Shown: positions 24,393-33,873 of the stretch, in pieces
How positions within the stretch are numbered: position 1 is the first letter of the stretch
Layout: each line of letters opens with the position of its first letter
Assembly: GCA_964636275.1 (NCBI GenBank)
Contig: CAZWRN010000003.1
Location: 4,423 to 68,422 of the forward strand
Reading direction: 5' to 3'
DNA length: 64,000 bases
Source of the DNA: an uncultured Gammaproteobacteria bacterium
GTDB taxonomy: Bacteria > Patescibacteriota > Microgenomatia > Daviesbacterales > UBA10151
The notes under the pieces: generated by a model
Told to the model about the DNA's origin: nothing
What the model saw: only the letters and a program-made list of their open reading frames with translations
Databases searched by the model: none
Position numbers and translations under genes: made by a program

Positions 24393-24956
24393 ATGGATCG
24401 TATCTCCATTAATTTATTACCAATAGATTTAAAAGAAAACAAAAAACTGCTTTATAAAAAAAAGCTCGTAAATTTAATCAGCTCAATAACTGTGGTTATA
24501 CTTATAGTAGTGACAGGTATATTGGTCATACTGTCGGTAATCCAAAATAGTCAGGTTGGTAAGGAAGAAACAGATATTTCAAGGCTTGAAAACACACTCT
24601 CATCCTTGAAAGAAAAAGAAGCATCTGTAGTGATATTAAAAAAAAGATTGGCCAGCATATCTCAAGTTATCAAACATAAATATCCACAGACGGATTCATT
24701 TCTTTTAGTCTCATCACTCTTGCCAGAAAATGTAACACTTCAAAATTTTGTTGCTGAACAGCCCAACACAGTAACTCTTCAAGGCATCGCCGCCAACGCA
24801 GCATCACTGCAGCATTTTTTTGACAATTTAACCGATCCAAAAATCAATGAGGGTAAGATTACAAAAACAGTTATTTCCAATCTAAACAGAGGCAATTCCC
24901 CGCAACTTAACTTTGATTTAGAGGTGTCAGTCAAGGTAGAAGGAGGGAATAAATAA
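24393..24956 (+). CDS. pilN: PilN-like protein
   Basis: INLLP motif, TM helix, coiled coil; follows pilM. Confidence 0.85.
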   Translation: MDRISINLLPIDLKENKKLLYKKKLVNLISSITVVILIVVTGILVILSVIQNSQVGKEETDISRLENTLSSLKEKEASVVILKKRLASISQVIKHKYPQTDSFLLVSSLLPENVTLQNFVAEQPNTVTLQGIAANAASLQHFFDNLTDPKINEGKITKTVISNLNRGNSPQLNFDLEVSVKVEGGNK

Positions 24957-25697
24957 ATGGATCAGGTATTAAAAACTTTTAGACAGTATCAGGTTATTAT
25001 ACGTCGCAATCCTCTCTATGCTAAATACAGTCTTTTTATCATCCCAGCCATAACTATAATTATAAGCGTGTTAATTCTTGTATTAGTAACTATTCCTCAG
25101 ACGTTTAAACTCATTAAAAATAATCAGCTGGTTGAAGAACTAAAACAGCAAAAAACTGCATATCAATCTAAAATTACAACACTCAATAAAGTTGACACAA
25201 CCCAATATAAAACAGATTTAAACAACGTTCTAACGATCCTGCCAAACGAGAAAGAAATCCCCTCCGCAATTAATAGTATTTTACAAGTGATATCTCTATC
25301 CGGTCTTACTCTAACAAATTTTTCAATAGGTAATAGTGGAACACCAATAAATGGAGTTGAAAATTTTATTGTAAGTATTGATGTAACCGGATCTGCAAAC
25401 CAAATTAAAGAGTTGATAAATTTCGCGGATCGATCTTCAAGATTGATCAAAATTACCAGTCTAAGTTTGAACTATGGTTCAGACGGGGTTTCCCAAACGA
25501 CTATTGATGTTTTGGTTTTCTATGCTCCTCTGGATACCTCAATCAAAACAGATGATTCACAAGCCATAACTCTACTTTCTTCTGATGATCAAACTTTACT
25601 TGATAAAATCAAACAAAACACCCAAAGTATATCTTCATCTCAAACTACCCCCCCTATCCTAGATAGCCCGACAGGCAAAGATGATCCATTTAATTAA
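24957..25697 (+). CDS. pilO: PilO-like protein
   Basis: TM helix, coiled coil, LP.EKE, RLIKI, C-terminal GKDDPF; follows pilN. Confidence 0.75.
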   Translation: MDQVLKTFRQYQVIIRRNPLYAKYSLFIIPAITIIISVLILVLVTIPQTFKLIKNNQLVEELKQQKTAYQSKITTLNKVDTTQYKTDLNNVLTILPNEKEIPSAINSILQVISLSGLTLTNFSIGNSGTPINGVENFIVSIDVTGSANQIKELINFADRSSRLIKITSLSLNYGSDGVSQTTIDVLVFYAPLDTSIKTDDSQAITLLSSDDQTLLDKIKQNTQSISSSQTTPPILDSPTGKDDPFN

Positions 25698-26358
25698 TCA
25701 GGTCAGGACGATTTTTTTTCGTTTTTTCCAGAGAAGTTTGCTCCCGCCACTCGGCAATTTTTTTGTGATCACCAGAGGTTAATACAGCCGGAACTGTTAC
25801 TCCTTCAAATTCAGCAGGGCGGGTGTAATGTGGATGTTCAAGTAAGCCATTTTCATAACTTTCATTTTGAGTAGCTTCAACTTTTTCCAACACACCTGGT
25901 ATCAACCGGGTTATCGAATCTGCTATTACCATCGCCGGAAGCTCTCCGCCCGTCAAAACATAGTCACCAATAGATACCTCCTCGTCAATATAATGATCTA
26001 TAAAACGCTGATCTACTCCTTCATAATGACCACAGACAACAATCAGATGATCCATCTGAACGAATGCTCTAGCTTTTTTCTGGGTATATGTTTTCCCCGA
26101 GGCTGATGTGAGTATAACCCGAGATTTAGCAGTTTTGACCGACTTTACCGCTTGGGAGAGGACTTCTGGTTTGAGAACCATTCCAACCCCACCACCATAG
26201 GGGGTATCGTCGACTACTAGATGGTTGCCAATACCAAAATCACGAATATTCACAATGTCGTATTCGACCAATCCTTTACTTTGGGCCCTGCCTAAAATAG
26301 ATGATGACAAAATTGGGGTAAAAATTTCCGGAAAAAGAGTTAAAAAAGTAATTTTCAT
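25690..26358 (-). CDS. trmD: tRNA (guanine37-N1)-methyltransferase
   Basis: LTLFPE, VDDTPYGGG, CGHYEGVDQR, IGDYVLTGGE, HYTRP. Confidence 0.97.
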   Translation of the reverse strand: MKITFLTLFPEIFTPILSSSILGRAQSKGLVEYDIVNIRDFGIGNHLVVDDTPYGGGVGMVLKPEVLSQAVKSVKTAKSRVILTSASGKTYTQKKARAFVQMDHLIVVCGHYEGVDQRFIDHYIDEEVSIGDYVLTGGELPAMVIADSITRLIPGVLEKVEATQNESYENGLLEHPHYTRPAEFEGVTVPAVLTSGDHKKIAEWREQTSLEKTKKNRPDLIN

Positions 26359-26366
26359 CGGCTCGT

Positions 26367-26624
26367 TTAAGCTTCAGATTCACCCTGGATACCATTATCG
26401 ACTAAATGCAGATACACTCGCGCTCCCTCATTCATTGCCCTAACTGCCAGTATTTTACGAATTGATTTGATTGTCTGACCACTTTTACCAATCACAATAC
26501 CCATATCCTCAGGGGCAACAGTCAAATGCAAAACCATTCCACCTTCATCTTGACCTTCCTCAATAGATACAGCATCAGGTTGAGTGACAAGTTGTTTAAC
26601 GATATATTCGACAAGATCTTTCAT
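26367..26624 (-). CDS. khpA: KH-domain RNA-binding protein (KhpA/YlqC)
   Basis: DMGIVIGKSGQTIKSIR; lies between rpsP and trmD; start moved to ATG 26624. Confidence 0.9.
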   Translation of the reverse strand: MKDLVEYIVKQLVTQPDAVSIEEGQDEGGMVLHLTVAPEDMGIVIGKSGQTIKSIRKILAVRAMNEGARVYLHLVDNGIQGESEA

Positions 26625-26628
26625 ATAC

Positions 26629-27087
26629 TTATTCTGGTTTTTCCTCAGCTGATTTTTCAGTTGTATCGTCATTTGAAGCTTCTACTGGTGTCTCCTGTAC
26701 TTCAGGAGCTGATGCTTCAGCCTCTGAAGTAACTGTTTCTACTGGAGATTCATCAACTGCTTCAGGAGCTTTCTCTTCAGCTACAGGTGCTGCTGCAGCA
26801 GCCGCAGCACTCGATTCACCGCGATCTTTCTTTGGCTTTCGAGGCAATCTTTGTGGAGCTTTACCAATTATTCTTAAAAAACCAGTGGAAAGCTGAGCAC
26901 CGTTTTTAACCCAGGCATCGATTCGATCTTGTTGTAAATTGATCTCTTTGGGAGTAGTTAATGGATTATAGGTACCCAAAAGCTCAAGGTAACTACCTGT
27001 TCGTTTTTTTCGCTCATCAACAGCTACCACTCGGTAGAACGGTCTTCCTTTAGCACCTATTCGCATTAATCGGACTTTTACTGCCAT
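26629..27087 (-). CDS. rpsP: 30S ribosomal protein S16 with acidic/Ala-rich tail
   Basis: MAVKVRLMRIGAKGRPFYRVV, LGTYNP, W..NGAQ. Confidence 0.97.
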   Translation of the reverse strand: MAVKVRLMRIGAKGRPFYRVVAVDERKKRTGSYLELLGTYNPLTTPKEINLQQDRIDAWVKNGAQLSTGFLRIIGKAPQRLPRKPKKDRGESSAAAAAAAPVAEEKAPEAVDESPVETVTSEAEASAPEVQETPVEASNDDTTEKSAEEKPE

Positions 27088-27093
27088 ATTGGT

Positions 27094-27186
27094 TAATTTC
27101 TAATTTCTAATTTCAAATTTCTAATGTCTAAATAAAAAAAATCCTAATTATTAGAAATTAGGTCAATTAGAGCACTTAGAAATTTC
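27094..27186. repeat. Inverted 7-bp periodic array (AATTTCT family) in the rpsP leader
   Basis: aatttct-aatttct-aatttca-aatttct-aatgtct ... ttagaaatt ... ttagaaatt. Confidence 0.75.
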
Positions 27187-27248
27187 TATCCTCGTAAGTA
27201 TACCTAATTTGAGGCTAACTAGTCAACCGCTAAGATTAATCTAAAAAA

Positions 27249-27920
27249 TTATGGGTTTAATGTCTTGAGAGCATCTGATGCAGCAGCTTCTTCAGCAATT
27301 TGTTTGGAAGAACCTTCCCCTTCTCCGATCTGTTCACCTTGCAAAAAAACTCCTACTTTAAATTCTTTGGCGTGATCCGGTCCTACAGTCGCCAAAATCT
27401 TGTATTTTGGTGATTGCTTGGTTTTGGTTTGAGCCAACTCCTGTAGTGAGGATTTTGCATCTTTTGGTGGCCCACTCTTTAGCTCCTCTTCAAATAAAGG
27501 CAACAGTGAATCGAAAACAAACTCTTTGGCTTTTTCCAATCCTTCAACTAAAAATATTGCCCCAAGAAATGCTTCAAATGTATTGGCTAAAAGCTGAGTA
27601 TTCTCACGTCCTCCACCCATCTCCTCTCCTTTTGAAAGCCGCAAATGCTCGCCTAATCCCAGTATCTGAGCAGCTTTGGCAAGTGAAGTCGTTTTTACAA
27701 TATATGAACGTAAATTAGTCAGATCACCTTCTGCATCATGGGGACGAAGATGAAAAAGTTCGGTTGCAACAATTAAAGATAAAACTGAATCACCTAGAAA
27801 TTCCAACCTCTCATTGGACTCTTTGACTTCAGGAGATTCGTTTAAAAAAGAACGGTGAGTAAACGCCGTCAAAAATAATGGATTTGAATCAATCTTTTGT
27901 ATTAAATCTATCTTATTCAT
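27249..27920 (-). CDS. rnc: Ribonuclease III
   Basis: AFTHRS, NERLEFLGDSVL, FEAFLGAI, dsRBD with DAKSSLQE and GPDH. Confidence 0.97.
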   Translation of the reverse strand: MNKIDLIQKIDSNPLFLTAFTHRSFLNESPEVKESNERLEFLGDSVLSLIVATELFHLRPHDAEGDLTNLRSYIVKTTSLAKAAQILGLGEHLRLSKGEEMGGGRENTQLLANTFEAFLGAIFLVEGLEKAKEFVFDSLLPLFEEELKSGPPKDAKSSLQELAQTKTKQSPKYKILATVGPDHAKEFKVGVFLQGEQIGEGEGSSKQIAEEAAASDALKTLNP

Positions 27921-27962
27921 GGTAATTAGGCAGAGAAATGTATTTGGTTGAAAGACTCGGGT

Positions 27963-28193
27963 TTATTCAAGACTCAGATCTTCAATAGCCACTACCAAAT
28001 CATTTACAGTTCTAAGGCCTTCTATATCAGCTCGATGAAACGTGACTTGAAACTTTTCTGACATATAGTTGATCAGATCAGCCATTTCAACCGGGCCAAT
28101 ACCTAGATCTTCTGCCAATGAAGCACTAAGATCGATGTCTTGTGGGGTGACACCCAAATGTTTAGCAAATTCAGCAATAACTTGTTTTTGCAT
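27963..28193 (-). CDS. Acyl carrier protein-like protein lacking the phosphopantetheine Ser
   Basis: ACP pattern (..LAEDLG...E.ADL....EKF.....TVNDLV) upstream of rnc; DSL motif reads GPV. Confidence 0.75.
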   Translation of the reverse strand: MQKQVIAEFAKHLGVTPQDIDLSASLAEDLGIGPVEMADLINYMSEKFQVTFHRADIEGLRTVNDLVVAIEDLSLE

Positions 28194-28281
28194 GTGAAAT
28201 CCTTTCTATATCTATCCATTATGATTGGACAGTGATTTTAAATTAGTTGATTGGTAGTCTGCTGTCAACCCTGAAATTTGC

Positions 28282-28662
28282 TCAGACTACTTCCGATGGA
28301 TGAGTATCAATCAGTTTACCCAAAACTCCATTGACAAAACTGCCAGATGATTCAGATCCATACTCTTTAGCCAGCTCAACGGCTTCATCTACCACCACTT
28401 TAGTGGGAGCTTTTCTGGAATAAAAAAGCTCATAAATCCCTAGGCGTAAAACTGCTAAATCAACTTTATTGATCTTGTCTACTGGCCAGCTTGGAGCGGC
28501 TTCAGTAATCAAAGCGTCAATCGCCTCTATCTTCTCAATAACTGCCTGAGAAGCGGCTGAGAATTCCCGTTCAGAGGTATTAGCTTTGCCAAACTCCACA
28601 GAAAAAAGCTCCTGCATAGTTTTAGCTCGCTCAATGTGTCTAGGATCTTTTGATGTTTTCAT
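28282..28662 (-). CDS. nusB: Transcription antitermination factor NusB
   Basis: DLAVLRLGIYEL, VVVDEAVELAKEYG, FVNGVLG. Confidence 0.95.
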   Translation of the reverse strand: MKTSKDPRHIERAKTMQELFSVEFGKANTSEREFSAASQAVIEKIEAIDALITEAAPSWPVDKINKVDLAVLRLGIYELFYSRKAPTKVVVDEAVELAKEYGSESSGSFVNGVLGKLIDTHPSEVV

Positions 28663-28699
28663 AGAGGTATATTAACTAATTTACGGAAAAATAACTAGT

Positions 28700-28894
28700 T
28701 TAAGCTCGGGTAACAGTAGTGACATCAGTGGCTTTTTTGCCAGCATAAAAACCACATGAGCGGCAGGCCATGTGAGCTAGAGTTTTAGCATTACAATTTT
28801 TGCACACTTCAAGTGGCATGGCGTTTAAAATTATTGATGCTCGTCGTGTTCTTTTTGCCGCTTTGGAATGTCGGCGCTTTGGTTCATGAGGCAT
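28700..28894 (-). CDS. rpmF: 50S ribosomal protein L32
   Basis: PKRRHSK...RR, CxxC...H..CxxCGFY. Confidence 0.92.
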   Translation of the reverse strand: MPHEPKRRHSKAAKRTRRASIILNAMPLEVCKNCNAKTLAHMACRSCGFYAGKKATDVTTVTRA

Positions 28895-28987
28895 AGTGAG
28901 AGTATTTTATCACACCTGAAGCTAAATATGCTAGCCTCTAGTTTGAAACGATAAATTATAAATTGCAAAGCAATTTTCAAGCTTCGC

Positions 28988-29051
28988 TTATAAAGTAAAA
29001 ATTATAAAACGAGAAAAAAGTCTTATACTTTATCTTTTATACTTTATAATT
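28988..29051. repeat. Inverted 7-bp periodic array after the recG stop
   Basis: ttataaagtaaaaattataa ... ttatact-ttatctt-ttatact-ttataat. Confidence 0.6.
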
Positions 29052-29053
29052 CT

Positions 29054-31147
29054 CTAGTCGGGTGCTGCCTGAGCAGCAATTTTAGCCAATTCCTGTGCTA
29101 TCAGTGGGTGATTTTTTAGTTCTGGATCTTCCTGAAGCAATTTTCTGGCAGCTCCGCGAGTTTTTTCGATCAACTCTAAATCAGCAAATGAGGCAATTTT
29201 CAGATCAACTCGTCCGGACTGCTCTTTGCCAAAAATCTGACCACTCCCGCGAATTTTTAAGTCTAATTCAGCCAATTTAAGCCCATCACTAATCGTTTCC
29301 AGGTTTTTTAAACGGTTGTATACATCATTTTCTTCCACCCCAGAAAATAAGAAACAATATGATTGCTTGACTCCCCTGCCCACCCGACCTCGCAACTGAT
29401 GAAGTTGAGCTAAACCAAATCGTTCAGCATTTTCAATCAGCATAATAGTGGCATTTGGCACATCCACGCCCACCTCAATCACAGTAGTTGAAACCAAAAT
29501 ATCAAGTAAATGATTTTTAAAATCCTGCAGCACCTGATCTTTTTCTTTTGGTTTTAGCCGGCCATGCAATAACCCCATCCGTAAATCAGGAAAAATCTCT
29601 TTTTGCAGCCGTTCAAATTCATGAATAGCTGCTTTTGCAGAGGCCAGCGTTTCAGAGACCTCAATCAGTGGAGTAATAATATAGACCTGATCACCAGCTT
29701 TGACCTGTTTATGTAAAAAAGCATAGGCATCATCACGTTTTTTCTTCGGAATCACATGAGTTTTAATCTCCTGACGACCTTTTGGCAATTCATCTATAAT
29801 CGACAAGTCTAAATCCCCATAGAGTGTCAAAGCCACAGTTCTCGGAATAGGAGTAGCTGTCATGGTTAAAAAATGCGGCACTTTGGCTTTATTACGTAGT
29901 ACACTACGTTGCTCAACCCCAAATCGCTGCTGTTCATCAACTATAATCAGCCCGACATTTTCAGTTGACAATTTATCAGACAACAAAGCATGAGTACCAA
30001 CGATCACCTCGGGATTCCTATCATTTGATACTTTTGATACTTCTGATATCTTTCCCCCCTTCTTCTTAGTAAACTTCTTCGACCCTGTATACAACCCGAC
30101 ATAAATACCATAAGGCTCTAGCAAACGCTGTAAATTGGCCTGGTGCTGAAAAGCCAAAATTTCTGTTGGGGCCATGTACATCGAGCGAAAACCATTCAGA
30201 TGTGCAATATACGCTATCACAGCTGCCACCACAGTTTTACCAGAACCCACCTCTCCCTGAACCAGACGGTTCATAGGTTGTTCTCGACTTAAATCTTCAC
30301 CTATTTCAGAAATCACCCGTAACTGAGCATTAGTTAAACTAAAAGGTAAATTAGCGATAAAATCGGCAATCTGAGCTTTATCTACTTTAAAAGGGCTGGT
30401 CAGAGGCTTTTTTTGCCATTCCAGGCGGGTTTTTGCAGTAGCTAGCTGAATATAGAAGTGCTCATCAAAACCAAGTCTATCGCGGGCTTTTTGAGCCATT
30501 TTTAAAGTTTCTGGCTGATGAATTGTTTTAATGGCCTCTTTCAAGCTCAGCATCTCTCCCCGGATATCGTCTGACAATGGATCCTGAATTTCCTCGATCA
30601 CTTGAGGCAAAAAGAGATTGATCTTCGTCCGAAGCCATTTGGAAGACAATCCTTCAGTTTCCGGATAGACCGCCACCAATCTACCGGTATGTAAACTCTC
30701 CTTCTCAAGCTGATGACTGACGACTGACGACTGCTGACTTAAAACATCCAGTTTTTCCCAAACCGGAGCAATGATCGACAACTTATTTTTATATTTACTA
30801 AGCTTTCCTGAAATCTGCAGTCTATCCCCCACCTTAATCGATTTAATCAAAAACTGAGAATTAAACCATGTCAACTGAATTGGTACTGTCCCATCATTAA
30901 AAACAGCCATTGTCAGAATCTTGCGGGTTTTGGTGTAAATATTGCGAATCGACCAAATCTCACCCTGTAGGGTGACTTTTTCTCCTACCTGAGCTTCTAA
31001 GCTGTTTGTCACATTGGAAAAATCATCGTAACGAAAAGGAAAGTGATAAATCAGATCCTTGACCGATAAAAGGCCTAAATTTTCCAATCTTTTGGCAAAA
31101 GTATAGCCAATACCACTGATGGAAGATAAATAAGTATCAAGCTGCAT
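29054..31147 (-). CDS. recG: ATP-dependent DNA helicase RecG
   Basis: MNRLVQGEVGSGKT, DEQQRFGV, MTATPIPRT, QLHQLRGRVGRG, DLKIRG. Confidence 0.97.
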   Translation of the reverse strand: MQLDTYLSSISGIGYTFAKRLENLGLLSVKDLIYHFPFRYDDFSNVTNSLEAQVGEKVTLQGEIWSIRNIYTKTRKILTMAVFNDGTVPIQLTWFNSQFLIKSIKVGDRLQISGKLSKYKNKLSIIAPVWEKLDVLSQQSSVVSHQLEKESLHTGRLVAVYPETEGLSSKWLRTKINLFLPQVIEEIQDPLSDDIRGEMLSLKEAIKTIHQPETLKMAQKARDRLGFDEHFYIQLATAKTRLEWQKKPLTSPFKVDKAQIADFIANLPFSLTNAQLRVISEIGEDLSREQPMNRLVQGEVGSGKTVVAAVIAYIAHLNGFRSMYMAPTEILAFQHQANLQRLLEPYGIYVGLYTGSKKFTKKKGGKISEVSKVSNDRNPEVIVGTHALLSDKLSTENVGLIIVDEQQRFGVEQRSVLRNKAKVPHFLTMTATPIPRTVALTLYGDLDLSIIDELPKGRQEIKTHVIPKKKRDDAYAFLHKQVKAGDQVYIITPLIEVSETLASAKAAIHEFERLQKEIFPDLRMGLLHGRLKPKEKDQVLQDFKNHLLDILVSTTVIEVGVDVPNATIMLIENAERFGLAQLHQLRGRVGRGVKQSYCFLFSGVEENDVYNRLKNLETISDGLKLAELDLKIRGSGQIFGKEQSGRVDLKIASFADLELIEKTRGAARKLLQEDPELKNHPLIAQELAKIAAQAAPD
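30020..30050. repeat. 9-bp periodic array inside recG (in frame)
   Basis: tttgatact-tttgatact-tctgatatc; encodes ISEVSKVSN. Confidence 0.65.
30709..30739 (-). repeat. 7-bp periodic array inside recG (in frame)
   Basis: Minus strand agtcagc-agtcgtc-agtcgtc-agtcatc-agc; encodes SQQSSVVSHQ. Confidence 0.9.
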
Positions 31148-31179
31148 GGAGCGATTATACTATGAGAAAAAAAATAAGT

Positions 31180-31287
31180 TTAATAAACACCAAAAAGCGG
31201 TAGCATTGAGAACATCAGAATTGCGATCACTCCAATGACTGACAAAACTATAAATATTGGCCGATACTTGGTCATTAATTTATCCAC
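31180..31287 (-). CDS. Small single-pass membrane protein (35 aa), not in the ORF track
   Basis: GTG start, MDKLMTKYRPIFIVLSVIGVIAILMFSMLPLFGVY*; TAGAAT 6 nt upstream. Confidence 0.6.
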   Translation of the reverse strand: MDKLMTKYRPIFIVLSVIGVIAILMFSMLPLFGVY

Positions 31288-31336
31288 ATATATATTCTAC
31301 ATTGATTTTTAGATAAAAAAAAGCTAGAGTGTGAGC

Positions 31337-31654
31337 ATGTTTGCAGGCGATAGAACTTCAGAACATCATTGGATCCCACGCAAACAACGAAAACCACTGA
31401 TTCCTTCATGGTCAGAAACACATAGACTTTTTTATCTTCGAGCGACATCTGCAATTATAGGTGCAGGAGCTGCATATGAAACAACAAAAGTTTTGAATAC
31501 TTTCAACAAGCTTTTGATAGGTCAATTATTTCCTGATAACTTAGAATTTCTTTCAAGATTCGAACCGACTGGTTTGGGATTATCCGTTCTAGGTGGAGCT
31601 TTAGCCGGGTACACAGTTTACGAAATAGCCCGAAGACACAATACTACTTCCTAA
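31337..31654 (+). CDS. Hypothetical membrane-associated protein
   Basis: Two Gly/Ala-rich hydrophobic segments; TAGAGT 6 nt before ATG 31337. Confidence 0.5.
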   Translation: MFAGDRTSEHHWIPRKQRKPLIPSWSETHRLFYLRATSAIIGAGAAYETTKVLNTFNKLLIGQLFPDNLEFLSRFEPTGLGLSVLGGALAGYTVYEIARRHNTTS

Positions 31655-32747
31655 TCAGACTTTCCAATTTTTCTAGCGCCGCTTTTCTATCGGGTTGTTC
31701 AAAATACTTTCTGGCCGGTTCCAATTTATTGATCAACCACTCGGCAACAGCCATTTTCAGATCCTGAGGATGAAGCATTTTAGAAGCATAATCTTTTTCC
31801 AGTGCTTCATAGTCGGTGTATTCTAAATTACCTCCCCATTTTTCCGGACGATTAATTACAAATGAAGTTGGACTGTAAAAAATTAAATGTTTCACCCAGT
31901 CTAGAATTGGATTAAATTCAACTACACCCTCTGGCGCATAGGCTGCATTAATTTTACGTTTAATCTCAGCAGGATCATCATGGATAAAAATAGCACTATC
32001 TGGCTTGGATTTACTCATTTTCGCGGCCTCCATATCCATCTCTTCTTTGCCAGTATCCGGATTTTTAGTCAAAACAGGTGCTAACAGACCTTGTAACAAA
32101 TGCGCATGCAGCCCTACTGGCTTTTTATATCCAAGCTCATTTGCTGCTTCCCTGGCGACAATATGAACATTACGCTGATCTGTTCCTGCATGAGCTAAAT
32201 CAATATCCATCATAAATATATCGGCCGATTGCATCGAAGGGTATATCAACATCGCTGAATCTGTCACTTCTGACTCTTTTCGTCCCATTATCGTAGTAGA
32301 TCGAATCATTCGAGACAAGGTCGTTGCTTTGGCTACTCTAACTACTGTGGCCCAATAATCTGATCCCATTTTGTCATAGAGTTCACTACCTAAAATAAAT
32401 TTAATTTTATCTGGATTTGCTCCAACACATAAAGCTCCGGCTTTAAACGCTTCGATCAGGTAATTTTTCCCAATCCAGGTAGCAGTTTCCAGCTTTCCAT
32501 CAAGTTTTTTATTGAGCCAGGCATGCCAATCAGCAATAAAAACGATAGTATGGACACCGGCATCCTGCAGATCTTTAATTTTCATCAGGGTATACAACCC
32601 CTGGCCAATGTGGAGTTTACCTGATACTTCATACCCAATATAGTGTCTCAGCTCTTTACCAGAATCAACCAAAGCACTAAGTTCTTCTTTAGTTAAAGTT
32701 TCCTCCAAATTTCTGGTGATCAGATCAATTTTTTCTTCATTCGTCAT
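31644..32747 (-). CDS. tyrS: Tyrosine--tRNA ligase, archaeal/eukaryotic type
   Basis: YIGYEVSGKLHIGQ, IADWHAWLN, YPSMQSADI, GTDQR, KMSKS, LHPQDLK; 367 aa with no S4 domain. Confidence 0.92.
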   Translation of the reverse strand: MTNEEKIDLITRNLEETLTKEELSALVDSGKELRHYIGYEVSGKLHIGQGLYTLMKIKDLQDAGVHTIVFIADWHAWLNKKLDGKLETATWIGKNYLIEAFKAGALCVGANPDKIKFILGSELYDKMGSDYWATVVRVAKATTLSRMIRSTTIMGRKESEVTDSAMLIYPSMQSADIFMMDIDLAHAGTDQRNVHIVAREAANELGYKKPVGLHAHLLQGLLAPVLTKNPDTGKEEMDMEAAKMSKSKPDSAIFIHDDPAEIKRKINAAYAPEGVVEFNPILDWVKHLIFYSPTSFVINRPEKWGGNLEYTDYEALEKDYASKMLHPQDLKMAVAEWLINKLEPARKYFEQPDRKAALEKLESLIRK

Positions 32748-32785
32748 AGGGATATCTTACGTTCTAGGCTGTAAAAAGACAAGCT

Positions 32786-33463
32786 TTAAGGCAAAGTAGT
32801 AAAGGTATTATCTCCTGAAGTTGTGGAGTTATTGGCATTATCTTTAGATGTGACCCTGAAATGATAAGTTGTATTTGGCTCTAAATCAGTAATTTCCAGT
32901 GAATGAGAACTTTTTTTGTCACTGCTATCTTTATTGGAACTATAGGAAGTATCTTTCCCGTACTCGACTTTACTATCTGAGTCTTCATTGGTCTTCCATT
33001 CAATAGTGACCTTATTATTTCCAATGTTTACCGATTTTATCTCTGACAAAACCGGGCCACTAGTATCGGTATTTGAAGGCGAATTACTTGGACTGGGGCT
33101 TGGGCTGGGACTAGGTGAAGGTAAAGGACTGGGTGACAATGATGGTGACACTACAGGGCTTGGAGATATCTTAGCTGTTGGAGAAGGTGACTGAGTAGGT
33201 ATACTCTGTGGTTTATCCGGCCCTATAGCAGCCGCCTGTTCAGATATGATTCCTGGTTGCTGGGTTTGAGAATTTTTTGATTGCGCTCCTAAAACAGAAG
33301 CATAATCAGTAGGAGTGGGACTGGGTAAACCCTGAGGTGTATCAGATCCCATAGAAGCTAGAAACACGACCAAACCAAAAACAGACAAAATTGCTGCTGT
33401 TATTGCTACAGAATAGATATATATATTGCTATTTTTTAGTTCGCTCTTTAACTGATTCCACAT
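32786..33463 (-). CDS. Membrane-anchored fibronectin type III domain protein
   Basis: N-terminal TM, Pro/Ser linker, then VTIEWKTNE.SDSKVEYG...H.LEITDLEPNTTYHFRV. Confidence 0.85.
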   Translation of the reverse strand: MWNQLKSELKNSNIYIYSVAITAAILSVFGLVVFLASMGSDTPQGLPSPTPTDYASVLGAQSKNSQTQQPGIISEQAAAIGPDKPQSIPTQSPSPTAKISPSPVVSPSLSPSPLPSPSPSPSPSPSNSPSNTDTSGPVLSEIKSVNIGNNKVTIEWKTNEDSDSKVEYGKDTSYSSNKDSSDKKSSHSLEITDLEPNTTYHFRVTSKDNANNSTTSGDNTFTTLP

Positions 33464-33481
33464 CAGAGGTATTCTACCAAA

Positions 33482-33509
33482 AAAATCCCGCCGTATCAGG
33501 CGGGATTTT
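33482..33509. terminator. Intrinsic terminator (bidirectional-type hairpin)
   Basis: aaaatcccgcc-gtatca-ggcgggatttt, downstream of the DUF378-like gene. Confidence 0.8.
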
Positions 33510-33534
33510 AAATAATTTCTGCTGAATTTTTCAG

Positions 33535-33741
33535 CTATTTTTTAGCGCAGATTTTACATTCAGATTTATGAGTCATCAGTACATACACACCTGAAGCGCC
33601 AACTAAAAGATATACAATACTCTCCAAACCAGGCATTCCACCCAGCAACATATTTACTAAATTGTAGCCCAAAGCAGTCAGACCCCAGTTGATAGCACCA
33701 ACTGCAGTTAAAAGGAAGGCAACCATATGCAGCATTTTCAT
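33535..33741 (-). CDS. DUF378-family small membrane protein
   Basis: L..VGAINWGL......NLV..LLG, VYLLVGASG; AGGAGG SD upstream. Confidence 0.85.
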   Translation of the reverse strand: MKMLHMVAFLLTAVGAINWGLTALGYNLVNMLLGGMPGLESIVYLLVGASGVYVLMTHKSECKICAKK

Positions 33742-33830
33742 TACTCATCACCTCCTTATTCAACTATAGTTCGGCCCTCTAAAACAAGTCAATAGCAGGC
33801 CCCCTTCCCCCTACCAAATCCCACAAAATA

Positions 33831-33860
33831 CTAGCTACTAGATACCAGCTACTAGATACT
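33831..33860. repeat. 7-bp periodic array
   Basis: ctagcta-ctagata-ccagcta-ctagata-ct. Confidence 0.75.
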
Positions 33861-33873
33861 CTATACTTCACTC

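Noticed and set aside
33080-33200. Repetitive gggct/ggact tract
   Set aside because: Codon-level repeat of a Pro-Ser linker (period 6), not part of the heptamer system.
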